Counted from the first letter of the stretch, positions 1-9,507 are shown. The stretch: DNA of 64,000 nucleotides from an uncultured bacterium (GCA_965372715.1 CBDVDH010000014.1:4298-68297), one strand, 5' to 3'. Notes: generated from the letters alone by a model not told the origin. Numbers and translations: made by a program.

Positions 1-2615
1 ATTGGAATGTCGTCGAGGCGACGATCGTTGACGGCGGCCACAACGACAGTGTCGTCAGGTTTGCCGGGACCGAGGATAAGACGTGTGAGCTTCGTGGTTT
101 CAAGATCACTCATGGTCGTGCGAGCTGGGGTGGCGGAATATGTGGGGGACCTGGTTTGTATGAGGCTCACGCGAGGGCGGTAATATCAAGCTGCATCATC
201 CGCAGCAACAGGGGATTCGAAGGTGGCGGGGTGGCTTTCTGTGACGGCGTAATCTCCAATTGCGAGGTTGCAGACAACACACCGGGAATCCCCAACTGGA
301 CGGGAGGCGGCTTATTTGGATGCAATGGAGAGATCACCGGATGCACCATCCGGGGCCACTCGTCTTATGGAGGCGCGGGACTCAGCATGTGCAATGCAAG
401 AATCTCCCATTGTGTCATTACCGGCAACTCTTCTGGTTTCGGCGCTGGCCTGGTCGGTGGTGGCGATTGGGCCGCCAAAGAACTTTTTGATTGCCTTATC
501 GCCGGCAATGATGGCCAGGGTGTGCGGTATTACAACGGTCCGATCACTAACTGCACGATCGTCGGCAACACCGGGGCCGGCCTGAGTTTGTGCCGTGGCA
601 CGATAAGCAATTGCGTTGTCTGGGATTGTACCCCCCCTGTGTTATGGTCCTCGACACCGTCCTATTCCTGCATACAGCTTTGGTCGGAAGGTGGCCAGGC
701 GAACATCGACGACGATCCGGTGTTCGTCGCGGGTCCCTTTGGAGAATACTACCTCGACCCTGATAGTCCCTGTATTGATGCAGGCAGCATGCCGGCAGAA
801 GAGGCAGGGCTTTCTGACCGCACGACACAGGCCGATGGCACGCCTGACACAGGCGTCGTTGACATGGGCTTTCATTATCCTGCGTTGGAGGCGCAGGTCG
901 AGGTCAGCTGTTCGCTCAACGCAGACGAGTTTGCGTCGGGCGATTTGATGCGGGGCTTCATGAGCGTTGAGAACCGAGGCGTGGATGTCATGGTGGACAT
1001 CTTCGCGGTAATCACAATGCAGGACGGCTCCATGATCTCGCTGACCGAGAATGGCTTCGCTGTCGGCATCTTGCCCTGGCTGTCGGACTTAACGCTGTCC
1101 TCTGGCTTCGTAGTGGAACCGGTGAAGATCTTCGAGCTGATCATTCCACCTGATGCTGCTGGCGGCCATTACACCTATCTCACGGCCGTCTCACGGCCCG
1201 ACATGGGCTCTTTGGGCATCCTGTCCGCGGACGAGTGCCCATTCCAGGTCACTGCCCCGGTGCTCTTCGACTACTACGTCAATGCGGAGCTGGGTGACGA
1301 CAGCAACGATGGCTCCGAAGACTCCCCTTGGAAGACGATCACACACGCGCTGGATTCGGTCGAAGGCTCGGAGGCGCATCCGATCACGATCCACGTTGCG
1401 GCCGGCACCTATGCAGCGAGCACCAACGGCGAGACGTTCCCGCTCAACTTGAAGAGCTGGGTCTCGCTCTCCGGGGAAGACCCAGAGACGACGGTGTTGG
1501 ATGTTGAGCAAGGCTTAAGAAGCGCAATCGACTGCCGCCATGTGGAGTCGGTGATGATTGAGGGATTTACCGTGACGGGTGCGCGCCCTTTCCAGCTCGG
1601 GGAGAGGAGCACGATCCACTGCTTCGAGACTAGCTCGGTGGTCATCCAGAACAACGTAATCGTCGATAATTCTGCCTATGAGGGCGGTGGGATATTCTTT
1701 CTCGATTCATCCGGTGCCGTTCGAAATAACACAATAAGTGCCAACAACGCATTCGAGGGCGGCGCGCTAGCCTGCTATAATAGCTCTCTCACCATCGAGG
1801 GTAATCTAATGCTTCAGAATGTGGCGGGCGCTGGCGGCGGAACACACATGTATCTCAGCAGCGCAAGCATTCGAAGTAACATCATTGTCGATAATTGGGC
1901 GATACGCGGCGGCGGGATAGAATGCTCTAATAGCTCGGGTAACATCGCAGATAACATGATCGTCGAGAACAGAGCCAGTCAGTGTGGCGGCGCAATATAT
2001 TCTTGGTATGCTTCGCCTACGATCTCGAACAACATGATCTCAGCCAACTCGACCGGCGGTTACGGCGGCGGGATAGACTGTCGCTACGGTTCGCCCAACA
2101 TCTTAAACAACACCATCACTGACAACGAGGCCGATAGCGACGGCGGTGCGGTATTCTGCAGGGAGAGTTCCCCGAATATCTCAAACAACACGATCACCGG
2201 CAACAAGGCCGGCTGGGGCGGCGGGATATCCTGCCATTACGAGGGCTCGCCGACGATCTCAAACAACACGATAGCCGACAACCAAGCGGAGTCGGAAGGC
2301 GGTGGGGTATTCAACTGGACTGGCTCCCCCAGTATCTTTGACTGCATCATCTGGGGCAACGGAGACGATCTCTTCAATTGCTCGGCAACCTATTCCTGCA
2401 TCGAAGACGGCGACCCGGGCGCGGGCAACATCCACAAGAACCCGATGTTTGTCGAAGGCCCGCTTGGCGATCACTACCTCGACCCGGACAGCCCGTGTAT
2501 AGACGCCGGCAGCATGTCGGCGGAGGAGGCGGGCCTGTCCGACCGAACGAGCCGAACCGATGGAGTGACCGACACCGGCACCGTGGATATGGGCTATCAC
2601 TACCCGTTGCCGTGA
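1..2615 (+). CDS. Secreted/surface right-handed parallel beta-helix repeat protein. It is 5'-truncated at the window edge, since the reading frame is open back to position 3. It has two beta-helix modules separated by a roughly 115-aa non-helix domain.
   Basis: Open frame continues upstream of the listed Met at 156. There are many ~22-25 aa repeats with GGGI/GGA cores and N-x-I/V-x-x-N rungs (NNTITDNEADSDGGAVFC...). The junction motif DPDSPCIDAGSM..EEAGLSDRT..DG.TDTG.VDMG[FY]HYP occurs twice (nt ~718-890 and ~2455-2613). Confidence 0.8.
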   Translation, partial: WNVVEATIVDGGHNDSVVRFAGTEDKTCELRGFKITHGRASWGGGICGGPGLYEAHARAVISSCIIRSNRGFEGGGVAFCDGVISNCEVADNTPGIPNWTGGGLFGCNGEITGCTIRGHSSYGGAGLSMCNARISHCVITGNSSGFGAGLVGGGDWAAKELFDCLIAGNDGQGVRYYNGPITNCTIVGNTGAGLSLCRGTISNCVVWDCTPPVLWSSTPSYSCIQLWSEGGQANIDDDPVFVAGPFGEYYLDPDSPCIDAGSMPAEEAGLSDRTTQADGTPDTGVVDMGFHYPALEAQVEVSCSLNADEFASGDLMRGFMSVENRGVDVMVDIFAVITMQDGSMISLTENGFAVGILPWLSDLTLSSGFVVEPVKIFELIIPPDAAGGHYTYLTAVSRPDMGSLGILSADECPFQVTAPVLFDYYVNAELGDDSNDGSEDSPWKTITHALDSVEGSEAHPITIHVAAGTYAASTNGETFPLNLKSWVSLSGEDPETTVLDVEQGLRSAIDCRHVESVMIEGFTVTGARPFQLGERSTIHCFETSSVVIQNNVIVDNSAYEGGGIFFLDSSGAVRNNTISANNAFEGGALACYNSSLTIEGNLMLQNVAGAGGGTHMYLSSASIRSNIIVDNWAIRGGGIECSNSSGNIADNMIVENRASQCGGAIYSWYASPTISNNMISANSTGGYGGGIDCRYGSPNILNNTITDNEADSDGGAVFCRESSPNISNNTITGNKAGWGGGISCHYEGSPTISNNTIADNQAESEGGGVFNWTGSPSIFDCIIWGNGDDLFNCSATYSCIEDGDPGAGNIHKNPMFVEGPLGDHYLDPDSPCIDAGSMSAEEAGLSDRTSRTDGVTDTGTVDMGYHYPLP

Positions 2616-2882
2616 GCTGGCTCTTCTAGCGCATCGAGCGCCTCGCGGATGTCGGGCCTGTTCGGGTTGAGGCGGGCGGCCTCGGTCAGGTGGCGCCTCG
2701 CCTGTTCAATCTCGCCCGACGCCGCCTCGAGCCGGCTGTCGCAACCGATGTGAGGCGCGCCATGAACGAATCGCTCGTCTGGATGGGATAGACAAGCCGT
2801 ATCAGAAGAGCGGCGAAAACGAAGGTTACGAATAATGCCCTGGTCCTGACTGTCGCCTTCATGGCCCTTCCAGGGAAATTCA

Positions 2883-2990
2883 TGTAGGGGCGGTGTCTCA
2901 GACCCGCCCGCCTACACGAATCCCTGCGGATACGAGGCATCTTATGCGACCATCAATTCGAAAGGGCGGGTCTGAGACACCGCCCCTACA
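2883..2990. repeat. Perfect 27-bp inverted repeat pair, tgtaggggcggtgtctcagacccgccc at 2883-2909 and gggcgggtctgagacaccgcccctaca at 2964-2990, separated by 54 bp. It is REP/MITE-like.
   Basis: The two arms are exact reverse complements read directly from the sequence. Each arm is itself an imperfect palindrome of the GTAGGGCGG..CCGCCC family found elsewhere in the window. Confidence 0.85.
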
Positions 2991-3047
2991 CAACCGCAAC
3001 GACTTATGACCCAGCCTCTTCTAGCCTGCCATCGCCCAAGCCGCTGG

Positions 3048-4226
3048 TCAGTTGGAGGTGCGTGGCTCGGCGTAGATGGATTGATGGACGTAGAACGTGG
3101 GCTGCGCGAGGTCTTCAGGCTCCAGCGATCTCATGCCGGCGGCGAGGCGCTCGTATAACCTAACCATGCTGTATGAGTGCTCTATCTCCTCCACGATGGG
3201 GAACGTCTCGATGTTGTAGCGGTCCGCGAATCCCGTCTCGTCGAAGTAAAGCGCCACGGCCTTGAGCGATTTGCTCTTGGTACCCACAGCCGCTACGATC
3301 GTCGTGCCGTGAATCAAATCCTCCCGGTTCTCGCGGTCAGAGAGAAGAATCAGGTCGATGCGCGGGACACGCTCCGCAAGTTCCAGAGCCTCGTCCAGGC
3401 CCATCTGAGCGAGCACGATGACGACGTTTGCGATGGTTGCGTGCGACGCCATAACCTGGCCAAGGGCGTCGGCCGGCTCCTCGAGCTCGATTGTCTGGTT
3501 CCCCTCGTCGTCCCTCGTCCAGTCAACGATGAGCTGCTCGTCGTCCCTGGAGATGACCCCAGCAACAAAGACAGTAGCCTGGGTCGTCCCCCTCAGCATG
3601 AAGGTGTCGAAGACGGGCTCTCGCGTCTCAACGTCAAGCACGTTGGCGCAGAGGAACGGGAACCGAGCCTTCCTTTCGAGCGCCATCAGATGGTCAAGCC
3701 CGAACGTGAAGTCTTTGAGGCCCAAACCGAGCGCATCGTAGGCCATCATGTTGAGCGCGGCTACTATGAACCACGACTTGAGCCTCTCACGCTCGCAGTT
3801 GCCGTTGAAGAGGTTGCCAGCGTCCAGAAGCAGGGCGTCGTCCCGGTTGGTCACGCAGTGCAGAATGAAAGTCCGGCGCCGCTCGAAGCCCCCGAGCTGA
3901 GGGTCCGAGCAGCTGGAGCGCCTCATCGTCCCATACGTGTTGCCTGTAACAAAAGCTACGACGCTAGGCGTCGCCTGGACCTCGAAAGCAACCTTGACGC
4001 TGACGGGTTCGTCCTGGGCGAGACAGGTGGAGGCTGCAAAACACGAGAGAATCACGGACAGAAGGACGGCTGTAAGGGTGAGGCGTGGAGGTTGGGCGAT
4101 GATTCGCCGTGCGTGTGTAGGGGCGGCGCTTGCCCCGCCCTTTATGGGTTCGGTGACATCAGAGAAGGGTGCAGCAAGCAGCACCCCTACGGGGCCATGC
4201 GTGCGGTGAGGTCTTCCCACGATCAT
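3048..4226 (-). CDS. Secreted metallophosphoesterase / 5'-nucleotidase-N-terminal-like protein. The N-terminal boundary is uncertain.
   Basis: There is a hydrophobic signal-like segment LTLTAVLLSVILSCFAASTCLA. It is paralogous to the N-terminal half of the 5957..8374 product (VAFVTGNTYGTM vs IAIVYTGETHAMIEP, shared D/H-rich phosphatase-like blocks). It ends 4 nt into the carbamoyltransferase gene. Confidence 0.5.
   Translation of the reverse strand: MIVGRPHRTHGPVGVLLAAPFSDVTEPIKGGASAAPTHARRIIAQPPRLTLTAVLLSVILSCFAASTCLAQDEPVSVKVAFEVQATPSVVAFVTGNTYGTMRRSSCSDPQLGGFERRRTFILHCVTNRDDALLLDAGNLFNGNCERERLKSWFIVAALNMMAYDALGLGLKDFTFGLDHLMALERKARFPFLCANVLDVETREPVFDTFMLRGTTQATVFVAGVISRDDEQLIVDWTRDDEGNQTIELEEPADALGQVMASHATIANVVIVLAQMGLDEALELAERVPRIDLILLSDRENREDLIHGTTIVAAVGTKSKSLKAVALYFDETGFADRYNIETFPIVEEIEHSYSMVRLYERLAAGMRSLEPEDLAQPTFYVHQSIYAEPRTSN
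4116..4145. repeat. REP-like GC-rich palindrome tgtaggggcggcgcttgccccgccc.
   Basis: Member of the GTAGGGGCGG-n-CCCCGCCC family; the same unit occurs at 8571-8600 and inverted at 42744-42773. Confidence 0.7.
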
Positions 4227-5941
4227 CCTCGGCCTTCGGTCTTGCTCAGCAGAAAATCGCCGATGATGAGGTCATCGATGCCGGTCGTGTAGAAGCACCG
4301 CAGCGCGTCCCTTGGCGTGCACACAATCGGCTCTCCTTCTATGCTGAACGACGTGTTTAGGACGACGGGCACGCCGGTCAGCTTCTCGAATTCGGCGATC
4401 AGATTGTAATAGAGCGGGTCCCTGTCGTTCTCAACGCTGTGAACGCGGCCCATGCCGTCAACGTGAGTAACCGACGGGATAACGTCCCGTTTCTCGGGCA
4501 CCACCTTATAGGCGAGCAGCATGAACGGCGAGGGGTATGAGAAATCGAAATACTCGGACACCTTCTCCGCGAGAATCGACAGCCCAAACGGCCTAAACGA
4601 CTTGCGGCGCTTGACAAGCTCGTTCACGACGTCTTTCATCTTGGGGTCGCGTGGGTCTGCCAAGATGCTCCGCTTGCCGAGTGCGTGGGGGCCAAACTCC
4701 ATCCTGCCCTGAAACCACCCGACGATGCGCCCTTGGGACACCAGCCTCGCGGCCTCAGCGGAGGGGTCCTTGACCTCCCGATACGGGACCTTCGAGAGCT
4801 TCAGGAACGCCTCGATCTCGTCGTGGCTGTATTCGGGGCCCCAGAAGGCGTGGTCCATCACGAAGTCGCGCTTGTTGCCCAGAAGACCGTTGTGGATGTA
4901 GAACGCCGCTCCAACCGCCGCCCCCGCGTCGTTGGCCGCCGGCTGGATGAACGTCTCCTCAAACCCGGTCTGCTTCAAGAGCATCCCGTTGGCGACGGAG
5001 TTAAGCGCTACGCCGCCGTTGAGGCAGATGTTCCTGCTGCCTGTTACCTTGTGCAGATAGTTGGCCATGTGAATCATGGCGTCCTCGAGCCGGCGCTGAC
5101 CCCCCCGGGCGACCTCCGCGTGGCGGTCGGTTACCTCTTGGCCCGGCTTTCTGTCGGCGCCAAATGTCAGGAGAAACTTGTCGGAGTAGTAAGGAATCTC
5201 GCCATACTGATAATTGAAGAACGACATGTCCATCTCAAATTCGCCGTCGGGGGGCGGCAGCCTTATCACGCGCTTGAACTCGTTGTAGTACTTGTCGGTC
5301 TTCCCATACGACGACAGGCCCATCACCTCGTGTTCGTCGGAGTTGCGGTTGAACCCGAGGAACATCGTCAGCGTGGCGTAGAACGCACCCAGCGAGAACG
5401 GAAAGTATATCTCCTTGAACTTGCTGATCTTGTTCCCGCGACCAGATGCAAGCAGCGTCGTCGTCCACTCGCCGATGCCATCTGCACTCAGTATCGCCGC
5501 CTCATCGAAGGGCGAAATCGTGAAACAGCTGTATGCGTGGGCGATGTGGTGCTCGACGAACTGGAACTTGAACCGCGCTTGCTGGGGCTCGTAGCCCGGC
5601 AGCTTCTTGAGATAGGACTTCGCGACCATCATCGACGGTATGCGGCTGGAGCACTCCGCCCGACCACGAAAGAAAGCGAGAGTCCTGGGGAAATGCCTCG
5701 CCAGGTGGAATATCTTGCGGTGTATATTCAGCCAGGGATTGACGCAGAAGCCGACCCAGGCCACGTCGTTGATCGAGGCGCCGATCTCGTTGAGGCAGTA
5801 GCTGATTGCGCCGTACGGAAAGCCGCCATCGCGCTTCTTGCGTGTGAATCGTTCTTCCTCCGCCGCCGCCATGAGCTTGCCATCGACGAGCACACAGGCC
5901 GCAGAATCGTGCTGGAACGCAGTAATCCCGAGTATGATCAT
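4223..5941 (-). CDS. Carbamoyltransferase of the NodU/CmcH family.
   Basis: The N-terminus MIILGITAFQHDSAACVLVDGKL..AAEEERFTRKK matches the Kae1/YgjD-like carbamoyltransferase N-domain. The length of 572 aa is typical and the GGVALNSVANG block is present. Confidence 0.85.
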   Translation of the reverse strand: MIILGITAFQHDSAACVLVDGKLMAAAEEERFTRKKRDGGFPYGAISYCLNEIGASINDVAWVGFCVNPWLNIHRKIFHLARHFPRTLAFFRGRAECSSRIPSMMVAKSYLKKLPGYEPQQARFKFQFVEHHIAHAYSCFTISPFDEAAILSADGIGEWTTTLLASGRGNKISKFKEIYFPFSLGAFYATLTMFLGFNRNSDEHEVMGLSSYGKTDKYYNEFKRVIRLPPPDGEFEMDMSFFNYQYGEIPYYSDKFLLTFGADRKPGQEVTDRHAEVARGGQRRLEDAMIHMANYLHKVTGSRNICLNGGVALNSVANGMLLKQTGFEETFIQPAANDAGAAVGAAFYIHNGLLGNKRDFVMDHAFWGPEYSHDEIEAFLKLSKVPYREVKDPSAEAARLVSQGRIVGWFQGRMEFGPHALGKRSILADPRDPKMKDVVNELVKRRKSFRPFGLSILAEKVSEYFDFSYPSPFMLLAYKVVPEKRDVIPSVTHVDGMGRVHSVENDRDPLYYNLIAEFEKLTGVPVVLNTSFSIEGEPIVCTPRDALRCFYTTGIDDLIIGDFLLSKTEGRG

Positions 5942-5956
5942 TGTGTAATTGTATCC

Positions 5957-8374
5957 TTACTTGCCGCGCTTGCCCAGCTTATCAAGTATATCACCCAACG
6001 TCTTGTTGCTCGCAATGGAAACCAGCTCGCGGTTGTCTATCAGGAGCAAGATCGCCCCTCCTATCCCAAGCTCCTCGCAGAGCTTAGCGTCCGACATCAG
6101 CTTCGATTGCACCGTCTCGGAAGTGGATAGCTGCTTTATCTTTGTTGGCTCAAAGCCCGCCTCCTCAATCGGCTCTTCCCAGTAGGAATTGTCAGGCTTC
6201 TTACCGCGAATCAAAATGTATTTGTCGAACTTGGGCCCGTCCTGCATTAGCATTGCGACTTGCCGCTGCGCCTCCTGAAGCTCCGAAAGCCCCGTCGCAG
6301 CTAGAAGCTCGCCCTTATCGTCCCGGTAGAGTATATGATGCACCTCAAAAGCATAGGAAAGCTTGCCCTCGTCGCGCTGCTTGATCATCTCGCCCAATCC
6401 CTCAAGGCCGGCCTTCGTGGTCGCAGAGAAAAACACGTCAACCTTGCCTCGTATCACGGGCCGAGAAGCCACGATCGTCGCGCCCGACAGCTCGGGCCGG
6501 AACACGAGTCTGTCCTTAACTTTCTTGAAGGCCGACTTCAGGCGCACGAAATTGCGAGCTCTTTTGGCCTCCGTCCCGAATATATATCCCGGCAAGTGCT
6601 CGATCTCGTAAGTCTCAAGCAGCCGCTTGCCCTCCTCGGTTGACGCCTCAACCTTCTCGACCTCAAGGCCGGGCATCATGACCTTGGTCGAGTTGATTAT
6701 TTTGTCCTCGTTAGTGGCGACGGAGTTCTCGTCGTAAACCACCCAAACGGGAACCTTGACCGCCTCGTCATAGACGCACTTGGCGTCCTTCGTGCCAGGA
6801 TTCACGCACCGCGCTATCATGCCTTCTTTCTGCGGGCAGTCGTAATCGTGCAGGCATTTCGGAAGGTCCTTGCAGATCGGTATCTGCTCTGCTCGCGGCC
6901 CCAAGACCGTGCAGATGCCTCGCAAGAGCAGCGTCCTGTCGAGGCGCTCGTTGAACCGGCGATTGTTGATGTATAGCGTGGGCGATGCGTTCACCCTGAG
7001 CCTGGCGACCCTCGCGGCCATGCTCTTCAGCTCGCGCGCAGGATAGCTGCTGTTCAGGCAAGCCGAAAGGGACTCCGTATCGATGCCGACGCTCGAGGCG
7101 CACTCCTCCCAGCTGGTCCCCGCGACCGACGAATCTCGGCACGCCACGTAAGACAGAAACTTATCCTGCTGCGTCCTGAGAATGCAGACGCGCCGCACGT
7201 CCTCCTCGACCTCGTCCTCGCCGTAAAGCGAGTCAAGCTCGCCGTCGTCGTTGAACCGCACGATGTAATAGAGGTGAGGATCGATCGTGTCGCCGAGCGC
7301 TTTCTTGAGCTCAAATAGCGTCCGAAACGCGGGTTTGGAGTGCGGGCAGAGGCTCATCATGTATAAGTCGAGCCGCACGGTTGGCGTGATGGCCCCGCCG
7401 TCCCTGAGCTTTGTGAACTCGGTCACGAGCGCTGCCACATCAGCAGCGTCTGGGACCTCGGCGCCAAGCGGAATCTCCTCGATTGTGATGCGCTCGGTGG
7501 CATCCTCAACTGCGGGCTTAATCCTCGCCAAAAGCAAGTTCTGGCCCTGATAGTCGAAGTTGACAAGATGAGTTTGTCCGACATCGAAAGAGCGCTTCGT
7601 TGAGGTCCGCCGGCCTGAGTTGAAGACCACATCGATTCCGGGGACTTCCTTTGCGAGCTTCTCCGATTCCTCTTCGCCCAGGTGCGAGAGAAGAACCACG
7701 AAATCAACTTTGTCCTTCTGCTCCCTCAATAGCTTTGCGACGGACTTCTGTGGATCGAGCACAGAAAGGCCCTCGAAGTGCTCCCAGTAGTCGCCCAGCG
7801 CGACCTCGGGGGTGCAGACGCCCGTGATCAGCACAGATTGCGTGCCGACTTTCTTTGCGATGTATGGCGAAACGAACGGCTTGCCCGCCTCGGTCTGAAC
7901 GTTGCAGGACACGAAGACGAGGTCGAGCTCCTTCTCTGCCCACTTGATGGCGCCCTGGCCGAAAGCGAACTCGTCATCGCCGAGGCAGACAGCGTCGCAT
8001 TTCATCTGAGCCATCGCCTTCAGCGCGACGAACGTTCGCTGCTTGTCAAGCTCGTCCCCCTGCGTGTATTCATCGTAAATGCCCTTTGCGAAGCAACCGC
8101 CGCCGTCCAGAACAAGCAGATTGCTAAACTCCTCGCGCAGAGCCCTGATCTGATGCGCACGACGCGCGACACCACCCAGCGGCTCGACAGGGCAGTTGCA
8201 GGGCTCGATCATCGCATGCGTCTCACCGGTATAGACAATCGCTATCTCCGTGGACACAGTTGAGGCACTGGCCTGTTGCTCCTGCGCCTGAACAGTCCCC
8301 AGGAAAGAGACGTGGCCTAGGATGAGTGCCAAAGCGATGATCAATAAACGCCGCCAATACATAGGTTTCCTCAA
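5957..8374 (-). CDS. Secreted multidomain protein with an N-terminal metallophosphoesterase/5'-nucleotidase-like domain fused to DsbA/thioredoxin-like modules.
   Basis: Signal peptide MRKPMYWRRLLIIALALILG. The block IAIVYTGETHAMIEPCNCP...LLSHLG is phosphoesterase-like. LYMMSLCPHS and the C-terminal GAILLLIDNRELVSIASNKTLGDILDKL resemble DsbA-type thiol oxidoreductase domains. Confidence 0.55.
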   Translation of the reverse strand: MRKPMYWRRLLIIALALILGHVSFLGTVQAQEQQASASTVSTEIAIVYTGETHAMIEPCNCPVEPLGGVARRAHQIRALREEFSNLLVLDGGGCFAKGIYDEYTQGDELDKQRTFVALKAMAQMKCDAVCLGDDEFAFGQGAIKWAEKELDLVFVSCNVQTEAGKPFVSPYIAKKVGTQSVLITGVCTPEVALGDYWEHFEGLSVLDPQKSVAKLLREQKDKVDFVVLLSHLGEEESEKLAKEVPGIDVVFNSGRRTSTKRSFDVGQTHLVNFDYQGQNLLLARIKPAVEDATERITIEEIPLGAEVPDAADVAALVTEFTKLRDGGAITPTVRLDLYMMSLCPHSKPAFRTLFELKKALGDTIDPHLYYIVRFNDDGELDSLYGEDEVEEDVRRVCILRTQQDKFLSYVACRDSSVAGTSWEECASSVGIDTESLSACLNSSYPARELKSMAARVARLRVNASPTLYINNRRFNERLDRTLLLRGICTVLGPRAEQIPICKDLPKCLHDYDCPQKEGMIARCVNPGTKDAKCVYDEAVKVPVWVVYDENSVATNEDKIINSTKVMMPGLEVEKVEASTEEGKRLLETYEIEHLPGYIFGTEAKRARNFVRLKSAFKKVKDRLVFRPELSGATIVASRPVIRGKVDVFFSATTKAGLEGLGEMIKQRDEGKLSYAFEVHHILYRDDKGELLAATGLSELQEAQRQVAMLMQDGPKFDKYILIRGKKPDNSYWEEPIEEAGFEPTKIKQLSTSETVQSKLMSDAKLCEELGIGGAILLLIDNRELVSIASNKTLGDILDKLGKRGK

Positions 8375-8570
8375 TAGATAATCTCCCGCTTCACGAAGCC
8401 GGCTCGCGACCGCCTGGCATCAGTTTTCAACGCCGCAATGGTGAGGCAATATAGGCAATACCAGCGCTTGCTGTCAACCTTGCCGGACGAGGAGCTTTCG
8501 CAGTCGCTGTGCTCCGGATTCTTACCCGGGCGGGGCTTAAGAGGCTGGGACATAATTCGGTATTGGCGTC

Positions 8571-8600
8571 GTAGGGGCGGTGCTTGCCCCGCCCTAAAGG
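8571..8600. repeat. REP-like palindrome gtaggggcggtgcttgccccgccc.
   Basis: Same unit as 4116-4145 and the reverse complement of 42744-42773. Confidence 0.7.
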
Positions 8601-8673
8601 CAGACGGGTGCAGTTCGCCGCGCGGCGAACACCCCTACAGGACCATTCGCCCTGCCGTGGCCAGCAGGTAGGC

Positions 8674-9456
8674 TTACGCTCTCTTCGTGCCGCAGAGAAC
8701 CATCCGAAAGCTATCTGAATCGAGCGGCTTGCCGGTAGAGTTGTCGGCGAAAGCCGAGGTAACGTCAAGCCCGAAACGAACAAGGATGCCGCTCATTTCA
8801 TCGCGAGTGTACAGCCGCACCCAACCGTGCGAACGATGGAACCGCCGCTCCTTCCAGCGAAAGGACCAGACCTTTGTGGTCAAGCGAGATTCACGCCGGT
8901 CATAGCGGAAACGATAGACTGCGGCGGCGCCGGTGTCGAGCTGAAACTTCGTGCAAGGACACTTCTTGATCGCCCATCCCGCGTTTATGACGCCAATCAC
9001 GAACTTGCCGTCGTGGGCTAGCACTCTGGCCAGCTCCGCCAGCATACGTTCATTAGCCGCGTCCGTCTCTTGATAGCCGATACCACCCTCCGCCATAGCT
9101 ATCACGCACTCAAAACTCTCGTCAACAAAAGGCAAGGCAGCCACATCCGCCGTCAGGAAATCGGTCTTGACGTCCCAGGACTCCGCCTGCCTCTTTGCGA
9201 GGCGCGGCAGAATGCGCGAAACATCGACACCCGCAACAAGAAAGCCTTCTTTGGACAACAGCAGGGCATGGCGGCCAAAGCCGCACCCAGCGTCCAGCAG
9301 CCGTCTTCCGTGTCCCGGCCCAAGGACATCAACTAAGAAATCAACTTCGCGTCTGGTTATCTTGGGCTTGGCCCACGGGGCGTAAACGACCCCTTCGCCT
9401 AGCCTGTCCAGCTCCTTCTTCCACCAGCCGGGTTCAATTCCCTTTGGTAAGCCCAT
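8674..9456 (-). CDS. Class I SAM-dependent methyltransferase.
   Basis: Motif I LLDAGCGFGRHALLLSKEGFLVAGVDVS, followed by acidic motif II and a GVIN motif. Confidence 0.75.
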   Translation of the reverse strand: MGLPKGIEPGWWKKELDRLGEGVVYAPWAKPKITRREVDFLVDVLGPGHGRRLLDAGCGFGRHALLLSKEGFLVAGVDVSRILPRLAKRQAESWDVKTDFLTADVAALPFVDESFECVIAMAEGGIGYQETDAANERMLAELARVLAHDGKFVIGVINAGWAIKKCPCTKFQLDTGAAAVYRFRYDRRESRLTTKVWSFRWKERRFHRSHGWVRLYTRDEMSGILVRFGLDVTSAFADNSTGKPLDSDSFRMVLCGTKRA

Positions 9457-9507
9457 TTCAGAGTAACGTAACCGAGGCTTCTCGACCTGAGTTCACGTGT
9501 CCGGGTT

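Noticed and set aside
2686-2940. 84-aa minus-strand ORF with one hydrophobic helix, downstream of the first beta-helix gene.
   Set aside because: It overlaps the 27-bp inverted-repeat element and has no RBS or homology signal. It may be a real small membrane protein, but the support is insufficient.
3177-4292. 371-aa plus-strand ORF, and similar long ORFs at 4685..6130, 12443..13303, 45103..45504, 46000..46395, 52472..53329, 54255..54995, 9544..9858 and 38710..39459.
   Set aside because: All lie antisense to, or out of frame with, strongly supported genes. Their composition is Arg/Ala/Pro-rich, typical of high-GC antisense frames, and no recognisable motifs are present.
8427-8783. 118-aa minus-strand ORF and the 77-aa plus-strand ORF in the 8374-8673 intergenic region.
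   Set aside because: Both are Arg/Pro-rich, span the REP-like palindrome and overlap the methyltransferase gene end. They are likely non-coding.
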